Positions 20,690 through 29,949 of a DNA stretch of 64,000 nucleotides are shown piece after piece. The stretch is taken from NCBI GenBank assembly GCA_946629525.1, contig CAMOXU010000001.1, forward strand, positions 6,306-70,305. Direction: 5' to 3'. The stretch comes from an uncultured Clostridia bacterium. GTDB taxonomy: Bacteria; Bacillota; Clostridia; Lachnospirales; Lachnospiraceae. The position numbers were made by a program, and so were the translations under genes. The notes beneath the pieces are model-generated. The model worked only from the letters and a program-made list of their open reading frames with translations, was not told the origin of the DNA and made no database searches. The first letter of the stretch is position 1. Each line of letters starts with the position of its first letter.

Positions 20690-23089
20690 TTATTTCACTA
20701 CGAAATTCAGGATCTTGCCGGCCCTGTAGATCGTCTTTACAACGCGCTTGCCCTCCACGAACTTCTGTACCTTGGAGAGAGCGAGACCTGCAGCGGAAGC
20801 TGCCGCCTCGTCCGCGTCGACCGCGATGCGAAGAACGTCTCTCGGCTTACCGTTGACCTGAACGCTGATCTCAACAGTTGCCTCGATCGTCTTCGATTCA
20901 TCGTATTCCGGCCACGGTGCAAGTGAGATATATCCTTCTCCGCCGAGTCTCTCCCAGATCTCCTCTGCGAGATGCGGCGCGAACGGTGCAAGGAGCTTCA
21001 GGAAATCCATGAACTGGCCTTTTCCGACATTTCCGGCAGCCTCAAAATCGTTCATGAGGGCCATCATGGAGGCAATTCCGGTGTTGAATTTCATTTCCTC
21101 GATATCCGATGTGACCTTCTTGATCGTCTTGTGGAGCTTGCTCTCAAGACCCGGATCATCCTTCTCGCCGAGATTCTCAGACAGGCGGAGGATCCTCTCG
21201 AGGAAGCGCTTGCAGCCGCGCACGGAGCTCTCATTCCAGGGAGAGGATGCGCCGTAGTCACCCATGAAAAGGACATATGTGCGGAGTGTATCCGCGCCAA
21301 ACTCTTCGACGACATCGAGCGGATCCACGACATTGCCGAGAGACTTGCTCATCTTTGAGCCGTCAGCTCCGAGGACCATGCCCTGAGCCGTTCTCTTCGC
21401 GTACGGTTCATACGTCGGAACTGCTCCGATATCGTAGAGAAAATGATGCCAGAATCTGGAGTAGATCAGATGTCTGGTGACATGCTCCATTCCTCCGTTG
21501 TACCAGTCGACGGGCAGCCAGTATTTGAGCTTTTCGGGATCAGCAAATGCCTTGTCATTGTGCGGATCAGTGTAGCGCAGGAAGTACCAGGAAGAGCCTG
21601 CCCACTGCGGCATCGTATCGGTCTCGCGCTTTGCGTCGCCTCCGCACTTCGGGCACTTGCAGTTCACGAAGCTCTCGATCTTGGCAAGCGGTGACTCACC
21701 GTCCTCGCCCGGCTTGAAGTTCTCGACTTCCGGAAGTCTGAGCGGAAGCTCTTCGTAGGGAACGCCGACCATACCGCACTTCGGACAATGAACGATCGGG
21801 ATCGGCTCGCCCCAGTATCTCTGGCGGTTGAACGCCCAGTCCTTCATCTTATACTGAACGCCTGCCTCGCCGATTCCCTTCTCCTCGAGATACTGAATCA
21901 TGCGGTCGATGGAATCCTTCTTATTATCATAGCCGTTCAGGAAATCCGAATTGACCATCTCACCGTCGCCGGTGTAGGCTTCCTTCTCAATATCCCCGCC
22001 CTTGATGACTTCGATGATGTCGAGACCGAACGCTTTCGCGAAATCATAGTCTCTCTGGTCGTGACCCGGCACTGCCATGATCGCACCTGTGCCGTAACCC
22101 ATCATGACATAGTCGGCGATAAAGAGCGGGATCTTCTTTCCGTTGACCGGATTGACCGCGCAGAGTCCCTCGACCTTGACGCCGGTCTTATCCTTGACCA
22201 TGTTGACGCGCTCGAACTCGCTCTTCTTCTGGCACTCTTCACGGTATGCGCGGATCGCGTCCATATTGGTGATCTTGTCCGTATTGTTGTCGATCAGCGG
22301 ATGCTCCGGCGCGATGACCATGAAGGTCACGCCGAAAAGCGTATCAGGTCTTGTCGTGTAAATTCTGAGATCTTCATCCGTGCCGTCGATCTTGAAGTTG
22401 ACGAACGCGCCTCTGGATTTTCCGATCCAGTTCTCTTCCTGTGCGCGGATATTTTCCGGGAAATCCACCTGATCGAGACCGTCGAGCAGCTTGTCGGCAT
22501 ATTCCGTGATGCGGAGATACCATACTTCCTTGGATTTCTGGATGATATCGCTGTGGCAGATATCGCACTTTCCGCCCTGGCTGTCCTCGTTGGAAAGGAC
22601 GACCTTGCAGGACGGGCAATAATTTACGAATGTCTTATCCCTGTATGCCAGACCGTGGTCGAAAAGCTTGAGGAAGATCCACTGTGTCCACTTATAATAA
22701 TTCTCATCCGTCGTGTCGACCACGCGGCTCCAGTCGAAGGAGAATCCTACCCGGCGCAGCTGCTCGGAGAAATGCTGGATATTCTTATCCGTGATGACAC
22801 GCGGATGCTGATTTGTCTTGATCGCATAGTTCTCGGCAGGAAGACCGAACGCGTCAAAGCCGATCGGAAAAAGAACGTTGTAGCCCTGCATCCGGCGCTT
22901 GCGCGAAACAACTTCAAGTCCGGAATATGCCTTGATGTGGCCTACATGCATGCCGGCGCCGCTCGGGTAGGGGAACTCGACCAGTCCGTAGAATTTCGGC
23001 TTATCGCTCGTCTCTTCCGCGCGGAATACACCGTCCTCCTCCCATTTATCCTGCCATTTTTTCTCGATTTCCTTGAAGTTATATTTCAT
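20690..23089 (-). CDS. leuS: Leucyl-tRNA synthetase
   Basis: FPYPSGAGMHVGH (HIGH), YTTRPDT editing domain, GYGTGAIMAVPGHDQRD, KMSKS. Confidence 0.98.
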   Translation of the reverse strand: MKYNFKEIEKKWQDKWEEDGVFRAEETSDKPKFYGLVEFPYPSGAGMHVGHIKAYSGLEVVSRKRRMQGYNVLFPIGFDAFGLPAENYAIKTNQHPRVITDKNIQHFSEQLRRVGFSFDWSRVVDTTDENYYKWTQWIFLKLFDHGLAYRDKTFVNYCPSCKVVLSNEDSQGGKCDICHSDIIQKSKEVWYLRITEYADKLLDGLDQVDFPENIRAQEENWIGKSRGAFVNFKIDGTDEDLRIYTTRPDTLFGVTFMVIAPEHPLIDNNTDKITNMDAIRAYREECQKKSEFERVNMVKDKTGVKVEGLCAVNPVNGKKIPLFIADYVMMGYGTGAIMAVPGHDQRDYDFAKAFGLDIIEVIKGGDIEKEAYTGDGEMVNSDFLNGYDNKKDSIDRMIQYLEEKGIGEAGVQYKMKDWAFNRQRYWGEPIPIVHCPKCGMVGVPYEELPLRLPEVENFKPGEDGESPLAKIESFVNCKCPKCGGDAKRETDTMPQWAGSSWYFLRYTDPHNDKAFADPEKLKYWLPVDWYNGGMEHVTRHLIYSRFWHHFLYDIGAVPTYEPYAKRTAQGMVLGADGSKMSKSLGNVVDPLDVVEEFGADTLRTYVLFMGDYGASSPWNESSVRGCKRFLERILRLSENLGEKDDPGLESKLHKTIKKVTSDIEEMKFNTGIASMMALMNDFEAAGNVGKGQFMDFLKLLAPFAPHLAEEIWERLGGEGYISLAPWPEYDESKTIEATVEISVQVNGKPRDVLRIAVDADEAAASAAGLALSKVQKFVEGKRVVKTIYRAGKILNFVVK

Positions 23090-23268
23090 AATGATCACTC
23101 CGGCGGCAAGGTCCTTTCGGGACGTCTGTGCGCCGTACCTCCTTTATATGAATTGTTGCAAAGTGGAACCGATCGCTGCAGATCAGAAATCGGGATACAA
23201 AAGAAAGTTTATCATTTCATCCTGTATTTTACAACACCTAAAGTTCCGGTCGATCTTCCCGCCCGGTT

Positions 23269-23395
23269 CCGCATTGTCCTGACACAGATTCTCCTGTAAG
23301 CCCCGCATTGTTCTAATGCCGATCCTTCTGACAGCCCCGCATGTTCTATTGCCGATCCTTCTGACAGCCCGCATTATTGCTTATGCAGATCCTGC
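23269..23395. repeat. Tandem repeat, ~33-34-bp unit x ~4
   Basis: ccgcattgttctaatgccgatccttctgacagcc-like units start at 23269, 23303, 23337 and 23369. Confidence 0.85.
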
Positions 23396-23433
23396 CCCGC
23401 CGGACCGGCGGAGATTTCTGACATATCTTTCGG

Positions 23434-24318
23434 TCAACGATCATCAGATATATTCCGGATCATGAGGAAAGCTCCGAGATTTCCCCGCTTCCCTTTACTC
23501 GCGCGGTGAGAGAACAGAAGATCCGGGTTTGCGGCCGTACAGAGATTGGAGATCTCAATATGCTCCTCCGGGACCCCGGCTTCCATCAATACAGCCTTGT
23601 TGGCCGCCCAGAGATCGAGCAGATACTTTCCGTTTCCTTTGTCTTTCAGGAATTCCTCCCTGAAATACCCGGCGACATCCTCCCCGACTTCATAGGAATC
23701 CTGGCAGATCGAAGGTCCGATCCCGCAGAGAAGATCTTCCGGTCTCGTTCCGAACGCTTCCCTCATTGCGAGGATCGTCTGCGCCCCCATTTTCTGTGCA
23801 GTTCCCCTCCAGCCGGAGTGTGAAAGGCCGATCGCCCTGTGCCGGGGATCGACAAAATAAAGCGGAACACAGTCCGCATAAAATGTTGCCAGAACACATT
23901 CCGGTTCATCGGTGATAAAGCCGTCGACATCCTTCCAGTCCAGCGGACGTGAAAAACCGCTTCCCCGGTCCTTTCTCCCGACTCTCCGCACATTGGTCGT
24001 GTGTGTCTGGTCAGAGAGGATCAGATCTTCCGCCGAAAATCCGGCTGCAGCGCCGAGACGCCGGAAGTTCTCCCGCACGGTCTCTTCATTTCCGGCCCCC
24101 TCTCTCCCGAACGAGAGATTCATCGAGGCGAGATGTCCCGTACTGATTCCGCCGAGGCGCGTCGAGAAAGCGTTGAGGCACCAGCTCTCCCTATCCATTT
24201 CGGGGAAAGAGAGCCATACGACCTCCCCATCCCGGTGGACGCTCATCCGCGGAGCATTCCCATCATTCCATATAAAATCCATCTGTTCCTCCAAGCTGGC
24301 CGCTGAGCGCTCTTCCAT
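23434..24318 (-). CDS. pgeF: PgeF/YfiH family (purine nucleoside phosphorylase / peptidoglycan editing factor)
   Basis: FSTRLGG, QTH, ADCVP, HSGWRG, GPSIC...YEVG, FSHR. Confidence 0.93.
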   Translation of the reverse strand: MEERSAASLEEQMDFIWNDGNAPRMSVHRDGEVVWLSFPEMDRESWCLNAFSTRLGGISTGHLASMNLSFGREGAGNEETVRENFRRLGAAAGFSAEDLILSDQTHTTNVRRVGRKDRGSGFSRPLDWKDVDGFITDEPECVLATFYADCVPLYFVDPRHRAIGLSHSGWRGTAQKMGAQTILAMREAFGTRPEDLLCGIGPSICQDSYEVGEDVAGYFREEFLKDKGNGKYLLDLWAANKAVLMEAGVPEEHIEISNLCTAANPDLLFSHRASKGKRGNLGAFLMIRNISDDR

Positions 24319-24398
24319 TAAAGGAGCTGTACAGCTCTTCTCCTGCGCGGCTTGATCCGTCCGGCAGATTTTTTCTCATGCAGGAATCCCCTGCTTTA

Positions 24399-24758
24399 TC
24401 AGAAAGAGAAGGCGTCCCTGACAAGGCGGATGCTGCCATTTTCCGAGATCCCCACCGCATCAAATCTGCATGGGGTATCCGTCATGAGCCCCTTTGCCTT
24501 CATATAATACATCGCAACTTTGAGGATCGTCCGCTGCTTTCGCGTGTCCACCGCCTCGAGCGGATCACCTTTTCTGCCGTCCGTCCTGTATTTGACCTCT
24601 GTGAAGACGAGGTACCGTCCCTCTCTTGCAACGATATCGATCTCGCCGATCCTGCAGCGGTAATTCATCTCGAGGATCTCAAACCCCTCGCGCTCGAGAA
24701 ACTCCGCTGCAAGCCGCTCCATCTCCGTACCGACTCTGCGCGTGTTCAATCGTGCCAT
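24399..24758 (-). CDS. yraN: YraN family PD-(D/E)xK nuclease-like protein
   Basis: G...E..AAEFL...G, NYRCRIGEIDIV, EVKYR, RFDAV. Confidence 0.93.
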   Translation of the reverse strand: MARLNTRRVGTEMERLAAEFLEREGFEILEMNYRCRIGEIDIVAREGRYLVFTEVKYRTDGRKGDPLEAVDTRKQRTILKVAMYYMKAKGLMTDTPCRFDAVGISENGSIRLVRDAFSF

Positions 24759-24785
24759 AAACCTCCGCAAAATGTATCGTTCATT

Positions 24786-24934
24786 CTCTCAGATATCCGC
24801 AAAACGTACAGACCGCAATCTCAGACATCCACATAAAGTACCGGCTGCACTCTCAGACATCCGCGTAAAGTACCGGCTGCACTCTCAGACATCCGCGTAA
24901 AGTATCGGCTGCACTCTCAGACATCCACAAAGTG
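24786..24934. repeat. Tandem repeat, 32-bp unit x ~4.6, overlapping the rnhB stop codon
   Basis: ctctcagacatccgcgtaaagtaccggctgca-like units start at 24786, 24818, 24850, 24882 and 24914. Confidence 0.93.
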
Positions 24935-25594
24935 CCCGATAAATGATCTCCTGTGGATCTCACACGGTCCATAGGTCTTGAGCCCCTCAATATGAGCTTT
25001 AGTCCCGTAGCCTTTATTTTTCTCAAAGGCATACCCCGGATATTCTTTCGCGTATTCCACCATCATCCGGTCTCTGGTGACCTTCGCGACGATGCTGGCG
25101 GCCGCGATCGAGACACTTTTTCCGTCGCCGCCGATGATCGGCACCTGGGCGATCGGAACTTCGGGGATGGTGACCGCGTCGTTCAGTAGAATATCCGGCC
25201 GGACAGTGAGAGAACCGATCGCCTCCCGCATCGCCTCGTAGGTCGCCTGCAGGATGTTGATCTCATCGATCCTCGCCGGGGACGCCATTCCGATCCCGAC
25301 CGAGACCGCTTTCTCCATGATCACCTCACAGAGCATTTCCCGCTTCTTCTCAGACAGCTTCTTCGAGTCATTCAGGTAAAGGATCAGCTCATCCTTCGGA
25401 AGAATCACCGCGCAGGCGACGACCGGTCCGGCGAGCGGTCCTCTTCCGACCTCATCGATCCCGCAGATATACTCCCGGTCCCTGAACCTTCGCTCATAGA
25501 CCATCATGGCCTCCGTGCGCTCGATCTCCTTCAGGCGCTTTGCCTCGGCCTTCGCCTCTTTCTCCAGCTGTTTTATGCGCTGCTTTTCTGTCAC
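24917..25594 (-). CDS. rnhB: Ribonuclease HII
   Basis: GIDEVGRGPLAGPV, DSKKL, SIAAASIVAKVTRD, KGYGT..H, HRRSF. Confidence 0.97.
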   Translation of the reverse strand: MTEKQRIKQLEKEAKAEAKRLKEIERTEAMMVYERRFRDREYICGIDEVGRGPLAGPVVACAVILPKDELILYLNDSKKLSEKKREMLCEVIMEKAVSVGIGMASPARIDEINILQATYEAMREAIGSLTVRPDILLNDAVTIPEVPIAQVPIIGGDGKSVSIAAASIVAKVTRDRMMVEYAKEYPGYAFEKNKGYGTKAHIEGLKTYGPCEIHRRSFIGHFVDV

Positions 25595-25609
25595 TGCCTT
25601 TTCTCCGCT

Positions 25610-26491
25610 TTATGATTCCTGTGGATCCTTTGCGATCGTGATCACTTTATCCGGCGCTGTCTCGAGTGAGATCCGGCCGAGGACGCCGGACCTGTACTCA
25701 TCAAGAAGAATAGATGCCGCCCGTCCGTAATCGATCTCCCCGCCCTTGCGGAGACATCCTCTCTTCCGTCCGATCTCCTCCAGACAGGAGAGATCTGTGT
25801 CTGTCTCCTCAATCTTGTACCGGAGGGCAAGCTTTCCGGGATAGCCCTCCCGGAGTCTTCTTATAAGCACGAGCGCGAGCTCCCCCTCGTCCAGGATCTG
25901 ATCGTTGATCGATCCGATCAGCGCAAGATTCTCGCCGACCGTCTTATCCTCGAACTTCGGCCAGAGAAGTCCGGGTGTGTCGAGCAGCTCGACCCTGCCG
26001 CCAAGGCGGATCCACTGCTTTCCTCTCGTCACGCCGGGCTTATTTCCGGTCTTCGTCATCGCCTTTCCGGAAAATGAATTGATGAACGTCGATTTCCCTA
26101 CATTCGGGATCCCCGCGATCATGGTACGGATCGGGCGTTCCTTCATTCCCCTTGCTCTGTCTCTTTCTGTCTTTTCCCGGCAGGCCTCTGTGATTGCCGG
26201 CATCAGGTTCTTTACAGAGCCCCTGTTCCTCGCATCCGTCAGCACTGCGGTAATTCCCTGTTCCTTATAGTACCGGACCCAGCGCGTGTTCTCCCTTTCA
26301 TCCGCGAGATCCGCCTTGTTGAGCACCAGGAGCCTCGCCTTTCCGGCTGCCAGCGCGTCGATATCCGGATTTCTGCTGGAGACCGGTATGCGCGCATCGA
26401 GGACCTCGATCACGAGATCCACAAGTTTTATATCTTCCTGCATCTGACGGATCGTCTTCGTCATATGCCCGGGATACCATTGAATGTCCAA
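25610..26491 (-). CDS. rbgA: Ribosome biogenesis GTPase RbgA/YlqF
   Basis: IQWYPGHM, DARIP, NKADL, GIPNVGKST, DTPG (circularly permuted GTPase); TTG start. Confidence 0.96.
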   Translation of the reverse strand: MDIQWYPGHMTKTIRQMQEDIKLVDLVIEVLDARIPVSSRNPDIDALAAGKARLLVLNKADLADERENTRWVRYYKEQGITAVLTDARNRGSVKNLMPAITEACREKTERDRARGMKERPIRTMIAGIPNVGKSTFINSFSGKAMTKTGNKPGVTRGKQWIRLGGRVELLDTPGLLWPKFEDKTVGENLALIGSINDQILDEGELALVLIRRLREGYPGKLALRYKIEETDTDLSCLEEIGRKRGCLRKGGEIDYGRAASILLDEYRSGVLGRISLETAPDKVITIAKDPQES

Positions 26492-26674
26492 GTTTCACCT
26501 CTGAATTAACGAAATCTGTATCTCTTCCTGTCTGACCGATGTCCGCTCCTGCACATGGCAGAACAGAATTCAGCTTCTTCATTGAAAGATCGTACTCACG
26601 ATGAGGACCGGTCTCACTTTGCGATTATGATTGAAATCACAGGTACTGCGCGACGAAGAATATATGCGGCACTC

Positions 26675-27256
26675 TCAGGATGGCCGTCCGAAGGATGAGC
26701 GCGGCGAAATAATGAGCCAAACCTTTCCCAGGATATCGCCCTTCTTAATATTTCCCACATCCGTATAGCGGCTGTCCTCGCTGTTGTTTCTGTTGTCGCC
26801 GAGTACGAAATACTCCTCCGCCCCCAGCGTGATGCCCGCCTCGGCGAGACCGCCGAACGTGATCGGTGCGACTTCTCTGTCTTCAATATAGGTCTGACCG
26901 TTTATGAGGATCAGTCCGTCGCGGATCTGAATGGTCTCTCCCGGAAGTCCGACCACACGCTTCACGTGAACGGAGGCATCCGTCCGCTCCGAGTTGCTGT
27001 AGGCGATCAGGTCGCCCCGCTTCACTCTGCCAACGATATAGGAGGTCCGGTTGATCAGGACTTTATTGCCCGCCTGAAAGGTAGGGTCCATGGAGCTCTC
27101 CTGGATCGTAACGGAAGAACAGAAGGCAAATGCAAATACCGCAGAGAGCGCCAGAGTAACGATAATTTCAATGACCCACACGGTTATACTGCGGGTCTTT
27201 CTGTTGTACCACATGCTCTTTTTTTCGGGTCGTGCCGGGTGAATCACCTTGCTCAT
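26675..27256 (-). CDS. lepB: Signal peptidase I
   Basis: One TM helix, SSMDPT (catalytic Ser), VKRVVGLPGE (catalytic Lys), GDNRNNSEDSR. Confidence 0.95.
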   Translation of the reverse strand: MSKVIHPARPEKKSMWYNRKTRSITVWVIEIIVTLALSAVFAFAFCSSVTIQESSMDPTFQAGNKVLINRTSYIVGRVKRGDLIAYSNSERTDASVHVKRVVGLPGETIQIRDGLILINGQTYIEDREVAPITFGGLAEAGITLGAEEYFVLGDNRNNSEDSRYTDVGNIKKGDILGKVWLIISPRSSFGRPS

Positions 27257-27314
27257 AAAAAACCTCCTGGCAGCTTGCACGAATGTCTGAAGTTCCTTTT
27301 CCGGAAGCCGTCTG

Positions 27315-27350
27315 AATGTCCACACATGTTCCATTCCGCACACAGCTTCA
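27315..27350. repeat. Fragment of family C terminal repeat
   Basis: aatgtccacacatgttccattccgcacacagcttca resembles 12926-12960 and 37658-37694. Confidence 0.5.
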
Positions 27351-27517
27351 CGATCACCTGAAATTTAAAAGGAGCCGCCGCATTAACGAACCCTGCCTTC
27401 AGCATATACCCATCACATAGTGATCGTGTACATGCCGGGGAGATTTTCTTAATGCGGCAGCCCCTTTCTGCCATCCTATTGGAATGTTCCGCACAAAAGT
27501 GCCGCGCGAAATGACAA

Positions 27518-27865
27518 TCAGCGAATGATCTCCTTGACCTTTGCTCTCTTGCCTGTGCGCTGTCTGAGGTAGTTGAGCTTCGCTCTTCTGACCTTACCAC
27601 GGCGAACAACAACGATATCCGCAACGTTCGGAGAATGCAGCGGCCATGTCTTCTCGACGCCTACGCCGTTGCTCATCTTGCGGACCGTGAAAGTCTCGCG
27701 GGCTCCGCCGCCCTGGCGCTTCATGACAACGCCTTCGAAGATCTGAATTCTCTCGCGGCTGCCTTCCTTGATCTTACCGTGTACACGAACCGTATCGCCT
27801 ACGCGGAACTGCGGAACTTCGCTCTTGAGCTGTTCTGCCTCGATTTTCCTGATGATGTCGTTCAT
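27518..27865 (-). CDS. rplS: 50S ribosomal protein L19
   Basis: [33 protein letters not shown]. Confidence 0.98.
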   Translation of the reverse strand: MNDIIRKIEAEQLKSEVPQFRVGDTVRVHGKIKEGSRERIQIFEGVVMKRQGGGARETFTVRKMSNGVGVEKTWPLHSPNVADIVVVRRGKVRRAKLNYLRQRTGKRAKVKEIIR

Positions 27866-27885
27866 TTTCAATTTCTCCTTTATTT

Positions 27886-27932
27886 TTCGGATGTTCTTAA
27901 TACAGTTCGTAACAGAGGACCATCGTTTTAAC
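27886..27932 (-). promoter_or_regulatory. Putative L19 leader (autoregulatory 5' UTR hairpin)
   Basis: Minus strand AACGATGGTCCTCTG...AAGAACATC upstream of rplS resembles the Firmicutes L19 leader as I recall it. It is preceded by a TTGCAA-17-TAAAAT promoter (27971-27943) overlapping the trmD 3' end. Confidence 0.65.
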
Positions 27933-27948
27933 AACGCAAAATATTTTA

Positions 27949-28692
27949 CTATGATTCTGCTTTGTTTGCAAGATATTTCTCAATAAACATGCGTTCCTTC
28001 GGACTGATCTGTGCCTTCGGAAGCAGGTCGGGCCGTCTTTCGGCTGTTCGGATAAGTGACTGCTCCCGTCTCCAGGCATCCACCTTCGCGTGATCTCCGG
28101 AGAGAAGGATCGGCGGGCCCCGCCTGCCGTTCCAGACTTCCGGTCGTGAGTACTGCGGAAATTCCAGAAGTCCGCCGCCGAACGAGTCATCCTCCGCGGA
28201 CTCGGTATTGTGCAGCACCCCGGGGATCATTCTCGAGATGGCATCGATCATGAGCATGGCCGGCATCTCGCCGCCTGTCACGATAAAATCACCGATCGAG
28301 AACTCGTCGGTCACGATTTCCTCAATCACCCGCTCATCGATCCCCTCATAGTGCCCGCACAGGAAGACAAGGCCTCTCTCAATTGCGAGCTCTTTGGCAG
28401 CCTGCTGATCAAAGACCCGCCCCTGCGGCGTCAGGTGGATCACGCGGGGCCTGTAATCCAGATCCTTCGTGACCGCCATAAAGGCATCGTAGATCGGCTG
28501 GGCCTGCATCACCATGCCTGCACCGCCGCCATACGGATAGTCATCCGTTTTGCCATGTTTACTGTTCGTATAGTCGCGGATATTGACCGCATTCAGATTG
28601 AGGATGCCCTCCTCGATCGCGCGGCCGATGATACTGTTCATAAGTCCTGACCGTATCATATCCGGGAACAGGGTAAGTACATGAAAATCCAT
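27949..28692 (-). CDS. trmD: tRNA (guanine-N1)-methyltransferase
   Basis: [50 protein letters not shown]. Confidence 0.97.
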   Translation of the reverse strand: MDFHVLTLFPDMIRSGLMNSIIGRAIEEGILNLNAVNIRDYTNSKHGKTDDYPYGGGAGMVMQAQPIYDAFMAVTKDLDYRPRVIHLTPQGRVFDQQAAKELAIERGLVFLCGHYEGIDERVIEEIVTDEFSIGDFIVTGGEMPAMLMIDAISRMIPGVLHNTESAEDDSFGGGLLEFPQYSRPEVWNGRRGPPILLSGDHAKVDAWRREQSLIRTAERRPDLLPKAQISPKERMFIEKYLANKAES

Positions 28693-28759
28693 TCTTATTC
28701 CGTCCTTCCTGCCGTGCCGGGTAAGCTTTTGCCCTGGAACATGAGGAGCGCGGATCACA

Positions 28760-29272
28760 TCAGATCTCCGGAAGAAGATGCACCGTGATCCTGCCCTCTT
28801 CGGGCACAAGTTCCTTCACACAGTCGTCGATTTTCGGGATCAGAACTTCCTTCCCGTCCTTCTTTTTTACCACATACACGTCGTTCGCGCCTGTCTGCAG
28901 AACATCCACAAGCTCACCGAGCACTGTCCCGTCCTCCAGATAGCAGGTGCATCCGATCAGGTCGCCGATAAAATACTCTCCATCCGCGAGGGGAAGGGCA
29001 TTCTCCCTGGTGACCATCAAAGGACATCCCCGCAGGTGCTCGACGTCTTCGATTCTGTCAAGCCCCTTGAACTTCAGGATCGGCTGTCCCTTGAAATACT
29101 TTACATGCTCAATGGAAAGGGGCCTTGAGACGGCCCCTTCCATTAAGATCACTTCATCTAATGTATCGAATCTTTGCGGGTCATCACTCGTAAGATAGAC
29201 CTTGACCTCACCTTTCAGGCCATGAGTCGTTGTGATTACGCCGACTTGCAGCATATCAAGCATATCTTCCAA
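28760..29272 (-). CDS. rimM: 16S rRNA processing protein RimM
   Basis: VGVITTTHGLKGEVKV, EYFIGDLIG, TGANDVYVV, LIP. Start is TTG 29272 or ATG 29263. Confidence 0.95.
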   Translation of the reverse strand: MEDMLDMLQVGVITTTHGLKGEVKVYLTSDDPQRFDTLDEVILMEGAVSRPLSIEHVKYFKGQPILKFKGLDRIEDVEHLRGCPLMVTRENALPLADGEYFIGDLIGCTCYLEDGTVLGELVDVLQTGANDVYVVKKKDGKEVLIPKIDDCVKELVPEEGRITVHLLPEI

Positions 29273-29276
29273 ATAC

Positions 29277-29507
29277 TCACTGCACAATATCCACAGTGAC
29301 TCTTTTATCTGTTCTGGTTGATGCGGCTTTTACGACGGAGCGGATCGCCTTCGCGATTCTCCCCTGTCTGCCGATAACTTTTCCCATATCCTGGGAAGCT
29401 ACTTTCAGCTCCAGGATAAGATCGTCGCCGTCTTCTCTCTCCGTGACAACGACTTCTTCGGGATGATCGACCAGAGCTTTAGCGATAACTTCTACTAACT
29501 CTTTCAT
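29277..29507 (-). CDS. khpA: KH-domain RNA-binding protein KhpA
   Basis: MKELVEVIAKALVDHPE, DMGKVIGRQGRIAKAIR. Confidence 0.95.
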   Translation of the reverse strand: MKELVEVIAKALVDHPEEVVVTEREDGDDLILELKVASQDMGKVIGRQGRIAKAIRSVVKAASTRTDKRVTVDIVQ

Positions 29508-29544
29508 TTATTCTCCCTGTAGTCCTGGAAAAGTGATAACTGCT

Positions 29545-29787
29545 TTATTTTGTGATCCCTGCGATCTTGAGAAGCTTCGCAACTTCCTCTGTCGGCTGCG
29601 CGCCGTTTGCAAGCCACTTCTTTGCAGACTCTTCGTTGATCTTGTAAACGCTCGGATCCTTTGTCGGATCATAGTAACCAAGCTCCTCGATGAAACGTCC
29701 GTCTCTCGGAGATCTGGAGTCAGCTACTACGATTCTGTAAAAAGGAGCCTTCTTCTGTCCCATTCTTCTCAGTCTGATCTTAACCAT
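29545..29787 (-). CDS. rpsP: 30S ribosomal protein S16
   Basis: [30 protein letters not shown]. Confidence 0.98.
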   Translation of the reverse strand: MVKIRLRRMGQKKAPFYRIVVADSRSPRDGRFIEELGYYDPTKDPSVYKINEESAKKWLANGAQPTEEVAKLLKIAGITK

Positions 29788-29949
29788 GATAAAAAATCCT
29801 CCAATTATAAAAAGTATATTTATACCGATCCTTCCTTAAGGACCGTTGACAAGCACATTAAAATCCTTTTTCACGGATCCGATGTGCGCTGTACACTGCA
29901 ATCACGCGGAAAATGTACGCCGCGCCGCCGTCATTCTCAGAAACCTTTC

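Noticed and set aside
23100-23430. T-box leader upstream of leuS (and of trpS, 41500-41660)
   Set aside because: No GGTGGNACC T-box motif on the coding strand; the similar agtggaacc at ~23162 is on the wrong strand.
24786-24934. Possible CRISPR array (also 15631, 20465, 23269)
   Set aside because: The units are contiguous with no unique spacers, and there are no cas genes in the window.
26492-26674. Remnant of a second lepB between lepB and rbgA
   Set aside because: No signal peptidase motifs were recognisable in this 180-bp gap.
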